64,000 nt of DNA, from assembly GCA_963924565.1 (NCBI GenBank), contig OZ004608.1, positions 6,448,001-6,512,000 of the forward strand, in the 5' to 3' direction. The position numbers and the translations under genes were made by a program. Shown piece by piece: positions 38,512-51,791 of this stretch. This DNA comes from Ascidiella aspersa (lineage: Eukaryota). The notes under the pieces were generated by a model that saw only the letters and a list, made by a program, of their open reading frames with translations, made no database searches and was not told the DNA's origin. Position 1 is the first letter of the stretch. The number at the start of each line of letters is the position of its first letter.

Positions 38512-41500
38512 TTACACCACGTCTTGGTAAGCATCGTTGCTTGGTGATTGGCGGCGATCATTTGTTTGCCCATGCTGACTATTTTCGGCGCCTTCAGTCA
38601 GACCGGATGCCACTATTGAGCATTCAGGGTGTTCAATATATCCCGCTTCATCTTGTACGACTGGTAACCTTGGATTTGGTTGAACGCAGCCAGATTCATC
38701 ACCGTCGTCACTATTCCCTAAATCAAAAACAAAAAAATGAATTAAGCATTTTTAAGGGTAAAGTGCGGTGTGTAATGACTGTCAATGACCTTAAGTGCAC
38801 TTTTTTTGTCACATTTTTCAAATGATTTAACTTGTTTACGTCGATTTGGTTAAATGATTCAAAATATTTAAGACAAATGACTTTACTTTACCTTACGCCA
38901 TTAATTAAGTTTCTTGGTTTGAAATTAGGGGTTTTACTTTACCATTTTGCTATAAAATTGAGCAATTATTCTCAAGGTGTACTTGAAAAACCATTAAGTT
39001 CCTACATGTTAATATTTGTTTTATTATAGTTAAATTATTGCTCATAATTGGACTAATTTAATTTTTTATCGTTTTAATATTATATTGGGGGTTGATATGA
39101 CAGGGACTTAAGTGTTTTTACACTTGAGTGTGTTTTTTTCAAAAATGACATGTTTACAACACTGGTAAAATGAAACGATTTCTTTGTAATTCTTACTTGG
39201 AACATTTATCGTTATTGAGCTTCCGGTGTTGAGTTCAAAGACGCCTGACTCATTCCGAATGACCGGTATTATAAGATTGGGCTGTACATAGTCAGGGTCA
39301 ACGAAATCGTTGCTATTTCCTGTTTAAATATTGGGCTTAAATTATTAGACAATCTAAAGCAGGGGTTCTTAAACTGGGGTCCATGGAAGCCTTGGGGGTC
39401 CGTGAACTAGTTTTAGGGGTTCATAAAAACCTAATTGAAATATTAGTGTATACTAATGAAGTAATCAATTTATAAACAAAACAATTTAATTAAAAACAAA
39501 ACGGGTTTTCACTGAATGTATTTAGACTTAATTTCACTTTCCTATTTTTGGATCGAAATCAGCAAACTTATAAAGTTTATTTGTACCGTGACGTCAATTT
39601 ATGAACTTTTTTGCCTACAGTGGTCCATGCGAGCTAAAAGAAAATTTTTGGGGTCCGCGGTAAAAAAACCTTAAGAACCCCTGATCTAAAGCAAATGCTT
39701 TTGGGCAAGTGCCATCACAAACTGAGACAAGTTCGATTTAAATAGGTAAACGTTTAGTTTTTATTTTAACTCTGTGCCCAACCGGCAAAGTATTTTATAG
39801 TAGTGTAGAAAAGAGTGAAAATTTTCATACATGTACATAAATAAAGTCACAGTTAAGTCTTCACTTTTTTAATGGAAACCTTTAACACCTTAGTCGCAAA
39901 CAACCCCAGCACGATTTCGGTTGAGCATTAGTAGACATAGGCTTGACTCGACTGCGCAGTTTCCTATTAATTGACGAATGTTGGGACGTTATAATAGTGA
40001 CAGAGATATGAATAAGGAACAAAAATAAAAAAATCTCCAAAGAATTACTGAAATATGGCAACATACCTAGTTCCTCGTTCGGTGTGAATCGAGCGGCGTT
40101 TTGAGTTCTTCTATAATAAAACAAACATTATTCATGTATAATTGAACATTTTATATTGGATCTAAGCTATATTGTTAAATCGGAATATGTTTCGTTTGTT
40201 GCAAGTTATTCTTGTCATGCAAGATGTATTAAACAGGACTACTGCGAATTCAAACTTTACTGGTTCAAAAATTCCACAAATCCGAAACGAATAAAGAAAT
40301 TTCAAATATATGGGTGCAAACTAATTTTACATAAGATGAGTGTAAACGAACAACAGGGTTTGGGTGCAGTGAATTTACATAAAATTGAAGTAGAGATGTT
40401 GCAATTTTTTTATTAATTGCTTTTTAATGTGTGTCGCGCGTATTTATTATCCGACCTTACATACCGATAATTTGAAGCGTTTTAGAACAACGTCGTCAAA
40501 CATTTTTAATCCCTTTCATGAAAACTGTATGAATGTCGTACTTTTTGAGCCATTGGTGGAATTCGGGTGATTTGTTATTATGATACATTACATTGTTGAC
40601 AAATAGAAACTCGATACGCACTTTCCTGAAGTTATAATTGAATACAATTAAACTTAAGAAAAAAATCAAAATTGTTTGCCAAATTAAATTTGGAACGTTA
40701 CTTTCAATTCTAAAAATGTCTCCATAGTCATGTAAGAGTAATAAATCGCTCTGTTTTATTTTTATATATAAACACCTAATACGTAAGCTGTGGACTTTCA
40801 CTCACCTTATACAAATTCCAACCATCACTGTTACAAAACACAGTATTGCAACATTTACTACAGAAGCAGCCACAATAATGGTCGTAAATTCAGCTCTTTG
40901 TATACAAAAATGTTTCTGGTAAACTGCAAGTTAAAGAAAATGAAGATCAGTTAAGAACAAGAACTAGAAATGTATCGCATTGCAGTCAAACAAATTGAAA
41001 TATGACATTGTTATTACCTGTTGGTGTGAGTTCTTGTGTTTTTTCGAGGTGTTTCTTTCTATTCGGTATGCTTTCGGCATTCGTCAACGGTTCTGCTAAC
41101 ACAGCCATTGTTTTTAAATAAGTTTAGAGCACTGCTGCATATCATCAAACTTATTCGTTTATCATAACGAGTTTAAGGATTTTACAAATAAAACACATGG
41201 ATAAGGTGCATTTATAGTTGCTGTATGTAAAACTTTTAAATGTCAAAAGTCATATAGCTGTCGAAAATGTAATAATATTGTGTTAATTTCCCTTTTTGTT
41301 TAAAAAGCGTGGGAATTTGTCCATGCTCCACAAAACCATATAATTTTCTTTTGTATCTATACGTAAATGCAAATTTGTTATCTGAATTAGGTTTCTATGT
41401 CTTAGCCCATTAAAAAACGATTTAGCCGAAATGCGTCGGCTACCAATCGCAACAAAACAGAAAAAAAATATCGTGCTTTTGTGTTGCTTTGTGTAAATCA

Positions 41501-42725
41501 ATAATATCTTTGTTTTGTTGCTTTTGATTTAAAAGTAACTCCTTTAACATAGTGTTTTAACAAAATAAACGAACTGTGTGGTATTCTTAAGGCTACTGGG
41601 TCAAGGATTGCTGAACTCATGGAAGATGGTTTAAAACTAAGTGTAATGCACCACCCACCAAAATGAGAAATATTTTGAACCCCTGCTGTACGATTGACAG
41701 ATTAATTTCGTATTTCAAAGATAACTAAAAGAAAAATATCGAATTATTTTAAGTGTGCTCACTTGTGATAGGTGTAAGCTATAGAAGTTAACGTTAATCG
41801 ATTTAATCACCTTTAATTGAAATGCGTTTTTCTGTAATTAAAGGCGTTTCTAAAATATATAAGTGCTAATCAGAAAAAAAAAGAATCATCTCTCACCAAA
41901 TTTTCTCTGACAAATGTACTTTTCCTTTCTACTGCATCGCATGTCAATCCATTTGTAGTCGGGACCACGTTCCATTGCTGCACAATCCTCACTGAACGTC
42001 AAATCATTCGGTTCTCCAGGAGCCCAATGTTGGTGATGTACTGGCGATCTATCCAACCATTTAAAGGTTTGGTTTGTATCCTTCCTCTGAAGTCCAATGT
42101 AATGAGTGCTCGGTGTGTCTAGAGTAGACATGAACGGGAGTGTTTGTTAACCTTTTCAACTTGGGGGCGCACCTATAGAAACATTTGAAAACGTGGCGGC
42201 GCACATTGCGAGGGAAGCGAGCGCGACATTTTTGAGGAGTACCAGTATTTCTCTTAAATTGCGTGCATTTTTTTATTATATGGGTTTTATAGTTCCATAT
42301 CTTTAAAGGGACTTCCAGCCTTTAAGACTGAAAACGTTATTTTGTCCATTAAAGTCTTATTCTGATTAATTTTGGACTTATTTCGACATGGTTTTTCCTT
42401 TTGCTCGCGGCGAACGTAGCAGCTTCCATGGCGCACCAGTGCGCTAATCTAAGGTAATAGACATTTCATTTCCTCGCTAGCTTATACGAGTGGGTTTATA
42501 CTTACCTTCAATTTTTCGTAAATGCGTTGCTAGAAACTTTTGAATCAATTCCGATTTAACAATTGCGAGTCTTCCGTACATTCTAATACAAGCCGAAGAA
42601 GCATCGTAAAAGTTTAGCTTGTTTTTGGTTTCAATGAAGTATTCCAAGTTGTCCAGCCGATGCCAAACAGCAACAGAACTTTCGGCTGTCTTCAAAAGCA
42701 CAAGTACTTTCAAAAACGTCCACAT
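38512..42725 (-). CDS. Type I transmembrane C-type lectin receptor A2 (paralog of A1)
   Basis: Exons 42725-42506, 42118-41897 (WAPGEPND, WID), 41092-41018, 40923-40806 TM, 40110-40067, 39319-39197, 38717-38512 ending DAYQDVV*. Confidence 0.85.
39360..39683. mobile_element. hAT-like MITE (same insertion as 1136-1459, in A2)
   Basis: Same TIRs, perfect 8-bp TSD ATCTAAAG. Confidence 0.85.
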
Positions 42726-43758
42726 TGTGGCCTGATTATAAAAACACGTTTGAACATCAAACAAAATTTGCCAATTAGGCCAAATTGAAACTCTGAATAA
42801 CTGCAATTAAATATTCTCATTTTAAAACCCAAAACCAGTAAACAACCAATTGTCAACGTGCGACAGAAAAGTGATAAAGATAAAACATCGACTGTTATTG
42901 CTTGGAAATCTATTGTAAGATTATCCAGAGGCAAAAGTTGCATAAGAAGTTGCTAGCAATGTCTATATTTGGATATACCTTCTGTGCAGAAATAGACGTC
43001 CTGATAACGAACCTGATTAAAATAAATTTCCCTTTTTACCTTTATGCAAATAACATATTGAAAGCTAAACATTGCCATCATAATTGTGATATTTATATGC
43101 GATCAATAAGAAATCGCTAATGTAGTATTTAATTCTATTGATAGATATTTTGGTGGCTATTCTGAAGTATTAATTAACATATACATCTATAACTTTGTCA
43201 ATGTTTTCATTATTTTTATTCTCGAGATGCATGTTTTTCAAACACAATTTTAACGCACGATTTGTGAATTAAATTTGAAAATAAATTGAATCTCGGGAAT
43301 TCCACAGTATTAAGTTATACAAAAAAAGTGAAAAAGTTTAATGGAAATACTTTAATTCCATCAATGCAGTTAAACTTCAAATTCGATTTAGCTGTGGAAG
43401 GTCGCCCGAGTAGGGCATCAACATTGGCCGTAGGTTGCGCAAAACCCTTAAAGCATTCCATAGTAGCGTTTGTTTTAGCACACAACATTTCGGTATAGGC
43501 TGTTGGCGTTTTTGCAGTCTGTTAATCTAAAGAAATTAAGAGTTTTATTATTAATTTTATTTTTATTTGTTATAGAATTTGTTAAAGTTGTATAAAATTT
43601 ATTTTCTGTATTATATAGCTATTTATCAGGATTAGGAATACGAATAATTTTATTAAGTCATCTTGTACCTCTAAACATCCTACATATGGTCTTTATATGG
43701 CGTTGGAGCAAAGAAGAAAGTAGAATATTTTTCTTACATAAGCCATAAAGAAAAACAT

Positions 43759-43917
43759 TTAAGCAGTTCTAGAGGTGTGTGCGAGAATTTGTTGGTGATT
43801 TGAAAGGGGTGTTAAGCAGTTCTAGAGGTGTGTGCGAGAATTTGTTGGTGATTTGAAAGGGGTGTTAAGCAGTTCTAGAGGTGTGTGCGAGAATTTGTTG
43901 GTGATTTGAAATGGGTG
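43759..43917. repeat. About 53-bp tandem repeat x3, related to the 5698-5846 repeat
   Basis: TTAAGCAGTTCTAGAGGTGTGTGCGAGAATTTGTTGGTGATTTGAAAGGGGTG repeated three times. Confidence 0.85.
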
Positions 43918-44005
43918 CAGCAAGGAAACATGTTAAGAACCACTGATTTAGATATTGATAAATCTACTGTATAGGTTTTGCGCCACAAATCATTAACTTA
44001 CAGAC

Positions 44006-44490
44006 TTATTCACTGAAACATTCACACATATGTGTGTCAATAACTGAGATCTAGCCCTTCGAAGCTGCTTTTTGACCAACGACTACGGCTTACGTATAAT
44101 TAGTACACTGAAAGCCATCGCAGACTCACCGAATCTGTTGATCTATGATGCAAGCAGAGCAGACTAGAAAAACAACTAGCCTGCAGTGAGGTTCGAACTC
44201 ACGACCTCCGGTCCAGCCGGGACCGTCGCTCCACCAACTGAGCTATGCAGGCTAAGAAGGGAACGAGTCGAGAAACAACCATGCGCCAATGCTTGCTCAA
44301 TCTGTTAGTACAAGCAACCTCATAGAAGTAATACACAGTACCATATCATTTATTCAATGAAACATTCACACATGAGATCTAGCCCTTCGAGTCGTTGGTA
44401 GTCGTTGGTCAAAAAGCAGCTTCGAAGGGTCTGCTCTGCTTGCATTATAGATCAACAGATTCGGTGAGTCTGCGATGGCTTTCGGTGTAC
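44006..44490. mobile_element. Non-autonomous element with long internal inverted arms enclosing a tRNA-like sequence
   Basis: Arms 44103-44163 and 44430-44490 are reverse complements; flanking direct repeat ACTTACAGAC. A related element without the tRNA lies at about 35200-35460. Confidence 0.65.
44178..44252 (-). tRNA. tRNA-like cloverleaf (probably SINE/element-derived, not a canonical tRNA gene)
   Basis: GCCTGCA/TGCAGGC acceptor stem, GCTC/GAGC D stem with A-box TAGCTCAGTTGG, GTGAG-TTCGAAC-CTCAC T arm (B-box). Anticodon loop CCGGCTG is atypical (no U33). Confidence 0.6.
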
Positions 44491-45099
44491 TTACAGACCT
44501 TAGATAATGATAAGATCTATATAGGCTTTGCGCCACAACTCATTAAACCACCGTGGAACACGAGGCTTGATGTACAACAATGGTTGTAGATTTGCAACAA
44601 TGGCGTCAAACGGGAATTATCTCGGATTTTAGCCGCTCCTCGAAGAGAAATGACAAGAGTAAGCGGGTGGGTTTTTTCGGGATTAGACGAAATAGCTTGC
44701 AATTTGTAACGAAATGACAAAAAGGAGCGTTTGATTTATCGCTTCATAACTATATAACTTTTGATGGCATTCAACTACCATAGTGCTCGCTGTTAGCCTT
44801 TGTTTGCAACGCTATTTTATTTTTATTAAGTTTTAATTTTTTTTACCGAACGCTGATTGCAAACTTTGACTTCTAGAGCCTGGCATATTAATCAGTAAGA
44901 GCGTTAAACTCGTTTGCGGGAAGCAATTAAATGATCAAACTTAATTTTTTTTAATCGTTAAATGTAAAGTTTCACTTTTGTAAATTTAAGGTATATCGTC
45001 GCAATTTACAAATATCCTAAAAATGTGGCAATACATTTCCTATTTCATCGAATTTTTTGTGTTTAGATTTGTTACTCCATTTTCTGTTAATTTGTCGAA

Positions 45100-45187
45100 A
45101 TGAAACCGACATCTGTTTGTCTTCTTTTACTGGGACTGATGATCGCAATTCCAGGAAGCAACCAGAACATCGTTACAGACCCTACAA
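45100..45187 (+). pseudogene. Second copy of the signal-peptide exon, divergent from A2
   Basis: MKPTSVCLLLLGLMIAIPGSNQNIVTDPT then a phase-1 GTATGT donor. Confidence 0.5.
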
Positions 45188-46986
45188 GTATGTTCTTTAG
45201 TGTTAAATTGATGATTGAATATAAAATAGAAACGCTTTGTTATTAATGTGGATATATTGCGTTTGTTCAACGCATTTGTTGCTTTTTGCTATTTAAAAAA
45301 AAAAACTTTTGCCTATTCGGAAATTTTGTGTAATATATTGCCGACTTACGGACGGCCCATTTTGGCTGATATGGTTCTTTCAATAAATATTCTGTTGTTA
45401 CCAGGCATTGTATAATAAAACAAGTTTTTGTTCTAAATATTTGTACACAAATATATACCAGAAGAACTTATTTTTTTTAAGGAATTATTTTCTACTAAAA
45501 TACAAGATGTGAAAATAATTATTCCAAAAAATCTCTGCTGCAAAATGTTGATTCGACTCCACTAGCAACACTGTATGACCTTAATAACTTCCTAAATATA
45601 TGCCTATGCTAATATTTACAGGAAAGCGTAGAAAATAGTAAATGAAAAACACATAATTCAAAAAGCTCAGTACATGGTTGCACAGGAAGAGAGAATATAA
45701 ATTATAAAATGGAAATATTGTTTTATTTTAGATAACTAAACAAAAATTAAAGGATAAAACTTATGACAAACAGTGGAAAAACAAGTCGATATAATTTATC
45801 GCGCTTTAACTGTAAATTTTTACAAACATTTCTGCCCAATTTACATCAGATATAAGGATAATTATTCAACGAAACTTTGTATTGAACTACAACGGCGGTT
45901 GTCTTTTTCCTTGCTATGGCCTTGTAAATGGTGACGTAACCAGCGATAAAAATTAATAATATTGATGGTTTATGTCATCGGCCAGAAACTTTTTTATCGC
46001 GGCACCAATTGCTCTTTCAAGAGCTATTGAAGTTCCACTACGTAAAACGAATGACGCCACAAAGTTACGCCACAAAACCTTAAATCTGTAAGTAATCTTG
46101 CATGCCATGTAGTGTGAAAAGGTACGTGTAGTGTGAAAAGTTATTTTATTTAATAAAAAGAATCCTTTGTAGCGATCATAAGTGACACGGCCCAACATGT
46201 CATAGTATGTCTAGCGTCGTTGGCTTAAACGATTTAATAAAGTATAGTTTTTGGTGAATGGCGAGCATGGTGGCCAGATGAAGCAACAATGAGCAAAAGT
46301 AAAAACACTCTTAGCCACACCATTAATTGTGTGAAAGTCATTGTATTTGCTGTCGGCTATCCAGGACGACAACGTTAGTCGAATATGTTTGAATTTTGAC
46401 GCGCATATTGGCTTTCGCTTTTTGTGAATATATTCAACTAGCTAACAGCATACTCCTGACCTTATTTGTCGCGCGCCGAATTTAATCACTATTGAGAAAA
46501 TTAATCAATAAATCAAAAAATATTGCTAGAGTTTTGTAAGAATGAGTTGAAATGAACGTCAGGAAAATAATATTACATGGAAATATTCCATTACCGCACA
46601 GTTATGTTTGCATACGAAACAAAAGCGTTGTACGACTCCCTTAAAAAAGTAAAAAAGGCCCACCATGGCACCTTGACCCACATTTTCAGGGCCAGCTATA
46701 AATTACATGGGAGAACACTTTTGCGCTGCTTTTAAGTTCCAAAACTGAACCGTAACTTATCAGCCAAACTCAATACAAGAGGACAATGTTATTTCATGTC
46801 AGGCGTCACTATTGCAAATCATGCGGCAGTGTCTATGACTATTTTATAACTATTAAAGTCCTGAGTGAATGTTACACTACGTCTTGGTAAACATCGTTGC
46901 TAGGTGATTGGTGGAGATCACTTGTTTCGCAACGTTGCCTATTCTGGCTATCCTCACAGCCTCTATAGTCAGACCGGATGCCGCTA

Positions 46987-49900
46987 TTAAGCATTCAGGG
47001 TGATATATCCCGCCTCATCTTGTACGACTGGTAACCTTGGATTTGGTTGAAGGTAGCCAGTTTCATCAACGTCGTCAATGTTCCCTAATTGAAACAAACA
47101 CAATAAAGCTTTCTTTTTTGGGTAAAGTGCAGTGTTGTAATGACTTAGGTCAATGACCTAACTTAAGTGCACTTTTTTGTCACATGTTTTAAATGATTTA
47201 ACTTGATTACTTCGTTTTGTTAAAATGACTCAAAATATTTTAGACCAATGGCTTTACTTTACCTTATGACATTAATTAAGTTTCTTGGTTTGAAAGTAAG
47301 GGTTTTACTTTAACATTTTAATATAGAATTGAGTTATTATTCTCGAATTTTGCTTGAAAAACCATTAGATTTCTACATGTTAATACTTATTTTTTAAGCT
47401 CATTTATTGCTCATAATTGGACTAATTTAAAATATTTACTGGTTTATCGTTTTATTATTATTTAGTGATTAAGTTGACTAGGACTTTTTTGTCTTTCTAA
47501 AATGACTTGTTTGCAACACAGGTAAAGTGAAACGAAAGCTTTTGGGTAATTCTTACTTGGAACATTTATCCTCATTGAGCTTCCGGGGTTGAGTTCAATG
47601 ACGCCTGCCTCATCCCAAATTACTGGTAACATTAGATTGGGCTGAACGTAGACAGTTTCAGCAAATTCGTTGCTATTTCCTATTTAAATATTAGGCTTTT
47701 ATTATTGGCAATCTAAAGCGAATGCTTTTGGGCAAATGCCACCACAAACTGATAAAATGTCGATTTTAATATGTAAACGTTTATGGGTAAGGGATTGGAA
47801 ATTTTCCAACATAAAGTCAAGAAATTAGGTCATAATGTGACGTCACAAACCTAGTCGAACCTATGTAGCAATGGGGTGGTTTTCGAAATATTCAACCAAA
47901 TCGTGCTGGGGTTGTTTTCGACAAAGCTGTTAAAAAGTTCAATTCAAAAAGTCCACACTAAAGTGCGTATATTTTCACAGTATCTTAAATCAGAAATCAC
48001 TGAAATGGAGATGAATAAAACAAATCTATACTGAAATAGAATTAATCAAATAAGGCAACAAACCTATCTGCTCGCTTGCTCTGGATGTGTGCTCACTCCT
48101 CCTGGTCCTTCTATAGCAAATGACATTGATCATATATAAATTAACATCTTATTCGGATCAAACTAGGCTTGGCAAGCCTGTCAATTGACCGGTCAAATAC
48201 TCAAATTGGATTCAAATGTTGTAAATTTGAGTTTTTATAATCTTGATTGTAACTTTATTATACAATTCAAATGTGAAATGGTAGGATTTTTTGTGTGGTA
48301 ATAACAAAGTGTTTGTAATAGCAAATTAGATTTATTTTGTTTAGAACAAATGCACTTATATGATGAATCGCGTTTTTCATAAAATAAAACAATATTTGGG
48401 GTATACGACAATCTGAGGCTACTTAGAAATTAAGAAGAATCAAATGCCTTATGTGAAGATTTAGAATAGTGTGGCCCAACTGCAGGCCCTTGGCCCGGGA
48501 GTTACGCTTTTCTGGCCCGCGAACTGATAGTCAGCTTAGCTTCCATCTAGCAATATCACTTCAATTTTTGTTTTTTTGTTATTGTAATTGACAGAAAAAA
48601 CTTTGTCAATTATCCTTTGTGATTTGTAGCACCACTAAGAAAAAGTGTATAATCTCACAGGTAATGAAGCATTTATCGTAATGCATTCACTTCATCAGCA
48701 TAGGCTATTTATAAAGCAATAAGCCTAAGAATCGCTATTTAAAAGCATTGGCCCGCGATGAAAAGATGTTGAACCACGCTGATTTAGAAAATTCAGAGTG
48801 ACCAAAGTTGTGATGAGGAGTAAAAATATTTTTTACTGATGCATTTACTGTTTTTAAATTGCGGTAATAAACTTGTTGGCTTAACTTGGTGGTTGTAGTA
48901 ATGGTAAATAATTACTTCAATAATGCTATAGGATTGCTTGCAAGATGGGCATGGTTTTGCAAAAAATCTTATTGATACTCACAAATAGATAAAATAATTG
49001 TTTTTGTTTTACAAATCATTGTACTTGAGTCAAAACCTTCATATATTTATTTAAAGGTAAAATCAAGTTTTTTTTAACTTCAATTGCATTATGTTAGTGT
49101 GTATAGTATTTGACCAATATTTGACCTATTTGACGAGGATTGTATATGACCAGTCAAATGCCCAACCCTAGATCTAACCTAATATTATTTATTCGGATTA
49201 TGTTTAGTTTGTTGAAAGTTATTCTTATCATGCAAGAATAATTAAACAAGACTGCTGCCAATTCAAAGTTTATAGTTGCAATAAATTCCAAAAATTCGAA
49301 ACACATAAAAACTATCAACAATTTGCATGCAACTAAATTTTAAACAAAGAGGAATGGGAACGTACAACAGCGTTTAAATGTAACATTCTGGTATTAATTT
49401 ACATGTGGAACTAAAAATAAATGTAGAAATGTTATATGTTTATAAATTGCCTTTCAATGTATTCCGCGTATTTATTTTCAGAACCTGACTGCCGATAATT
49501 TGCAGCGTTTTTAATCAACGTCGACAATTATATTTTGAATCCCTTTAAACAATCTCGCACTCATATTTTTTAAAAAGTAGCTCAGTGATGGAATGCGGGT
49601 AATTTATTATTTTTACACATTCAATTATTTACGAATAGAAACTCCATACGCACATTATTAAAGTTTGTTATTGGGATTGCATATAACAAATATAAAACTT
49701 AATCAAAAAAAGCTATGTTGTTAGCCAACTTAAAGTTGGGATGCCGAACTCATGTTAAAACGTTCTTTTAAAGTGTTGAGTAACAGATCGTTTTTGATTT
49801 CGATTTATACGCAAGTTGTGGACTTTCACTTACCTTATACAAATCAGAACCACCACTGTCGTTAAACATAGTATTACAAAATTGCCCACAGAAGCAGCCA

Positions 49901-51791
49901 CAATAATGATTGTAAATTCAGCTCTTGGTATACCAAAAGGCTTGTCGTCTACTGCAAGTTAAAGTGAATGAAGATCCGTTAAGAACAACAACTAGAAATA
50001 TATCGCAATATTTATTATTTTATACAGTCGGTGCTTTGCCGAATAATCAACTTAAATTGATTTACTTGGCACCGAAATTATGTACCTGATTTTGTGGATT
50101 CTTCAGTTATTTTGAGCTGATGGGTCACGTCCGTTGCTCTTACAGCGTTGTCCATATGTTCTTCTAATATAGCCGTTGTTATTGTTTACTAGTCTATTTC
50201 TTATTACGTAAAGCACAAACATGAAATTGGTAGCATATAGCTAAACTTAATTTTTATCTTAATGTCAAGGTAACCTGTTGAATTGTAGTGTACTGATTGA
50301 AATTCGACAGTTGTCGGAATGTTTGTCTTATATTTGCTAACAATTGATTGCGATGTATATTTGATAACAGTTGATTGCGATGTATATTTGCTAACAGTTG
50401 ATTGCGATGTATATTTGATAACAGTTGGTTGCGATGTATATTTGCTAACAGTTGATTGCGATGTATATTTGATAACAGTTGGTTGCGATGGTTGATGTAT
50501 CATTGCGTCGTTTGTCGGTTTGTTTCGCTCTGTAATAGAACTCAAAACGATATTTGTCATGGAGTTAGACCACCGTAGTAATTTTCATACGTGTATTTCG
50601 TTGTCTCACTCTATGAATCTACTGCCATGCAGCATGCACGTACACGCCCAGTACACGCCCAGTAGACGCGTTTCTCGCGTTGCTATTTCGCTAGCGTCCC
50701 GAAGGCGCAGTAATGAATGGTTTACGTTGGAATGGTAATTGCATTCTGCGCCCTATATAAACGTGCGTGTTATCCGTTCTTTCATTCCAATTCACTTCTA
50801 CGTCTATGAGCAATAAACCTTCTACGAATACACCATTTACAAACATTACAAATATAACAATTGAATAGACAGAAGAAAACCAAGTGAGACAATTATTATG
50901 CGGTAGGATTCTGGTTGTTCAAAAACCTTACCTATTTCGTGCCACAAACTAATAGTGTACTACTGTACTATAAAGTATTTGTGTTCTAAATGTAAGCTAC
51001 ACGCTGATGCCCAAAATCTATGTATCTTTATTCGCCTTAAAAAACGCTTTAAAACTTATTTATTAAAACAACATAAAGCGAGTAACCTGTAGACGTAAAG
51101 CGAGTTGATGAAGCTGCGATGTTTGTAAAACCAGTCGTCGTGATATCGCTGTTTGTTCCAGAAGTTGCCGTCTGAGTATTTAACTCATCTTGTGTTGAAG
51201 TGTGTGGTTCTGCAATCCAAATTATGTTAAACATGAGATGGTGGCATGTTAGTTTAAAAGCTTGAAATTCCTTACCGAAGTTTCTCTGGCAAATGTACTT
51301 TCTTTTTAAGGTGCATCGCAAGTCAACCAATCTGTATTCGGGACCACGTTCCATTGCTGCACAGTTTTCACTTTTCGTCAAATCATTCGGTTCTCCAGGA
51401 GCCCAATGTTGGTAATATAATTGCGATTCATCCAACCATTCAAAGTTTCGGTTTGTACCTATCCTCTTTAGCCCAATGTAATGAGAGCTTGGTGTGTCTA
51501 GAGTAGACATGAACTATAGGGTTTATACAGTACATTCTTGCTTAATAGCTTGAGACAGGGTTTATACTTACCTTCAGTTTTTCGTAAATGCGTCGCTAGA
51601 AACTTTTGAATCGATTCTGATTTAACAATTGCAAGCGATCCGTTTATTCTAACACAAGCCGAAGAAGCATCGTGAAAGTTTAGCTTATTTTTTGTTTCAA
51701 TGAAGTATTCCAAGTTGTCTAGACGATGCCAAACAGCAACAGAAAATTCTGCTGTCGTCAAAAGCACAAGTACACACTGAAGAATGTGCAT
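46987..51791 (-). CDS. Chimeric type I C-type lectin receptor C2 (C ectodomain, expanded stalk, A-like TM, hemITAM-like tail)
   Basis: Exons 51791-51572, 51497-51276, 51209-51087, 50529-50275 (27-nt repeats), 50163-50086, 49951-49834 (TM IIIVAASVGNFVILCLTTVVVLICIR), 48110-48064, 47679-47557, 47084-46987 ending QDEAGYITLNA*. Confidence 0.82.
50327..50490 (-). repeat. Coding 27-bp minisatellite (6 x SQ[P/S]TV[I/S]KYT) in the C2 stalk
   Basis: GTTGATTGCGATGTATATTTGMTAACA units; only 2 units in C1. Confidence 0.9.
50555..50835 (+). mobile_element. Probable solo LTR in a C2 stalk intron
   Basis: About 280-bp GC-richer insert absent from the C1 intron, TG..CA ends, internal TATATAAA and AATAAA; TSD not clear. 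Confidence 0.5.

Larger units (their letters stand above)
38213..49570. repeat. Segmental duplication of about 1-11010 (A gene + spacer + tail module)
   Basis: Colinear high identity from CAATTATGCTCGGTTAAC onward, with lineage-specific insertions and a diverged stretch upstream of the A genes. Confidence 0.85.

Noticed and set aside
43759-43917. CRISPR-like or regularly spaced array
   Set aside because: Head-to-tail repeats without unique spacers, no cas genes, eukaryotic context.
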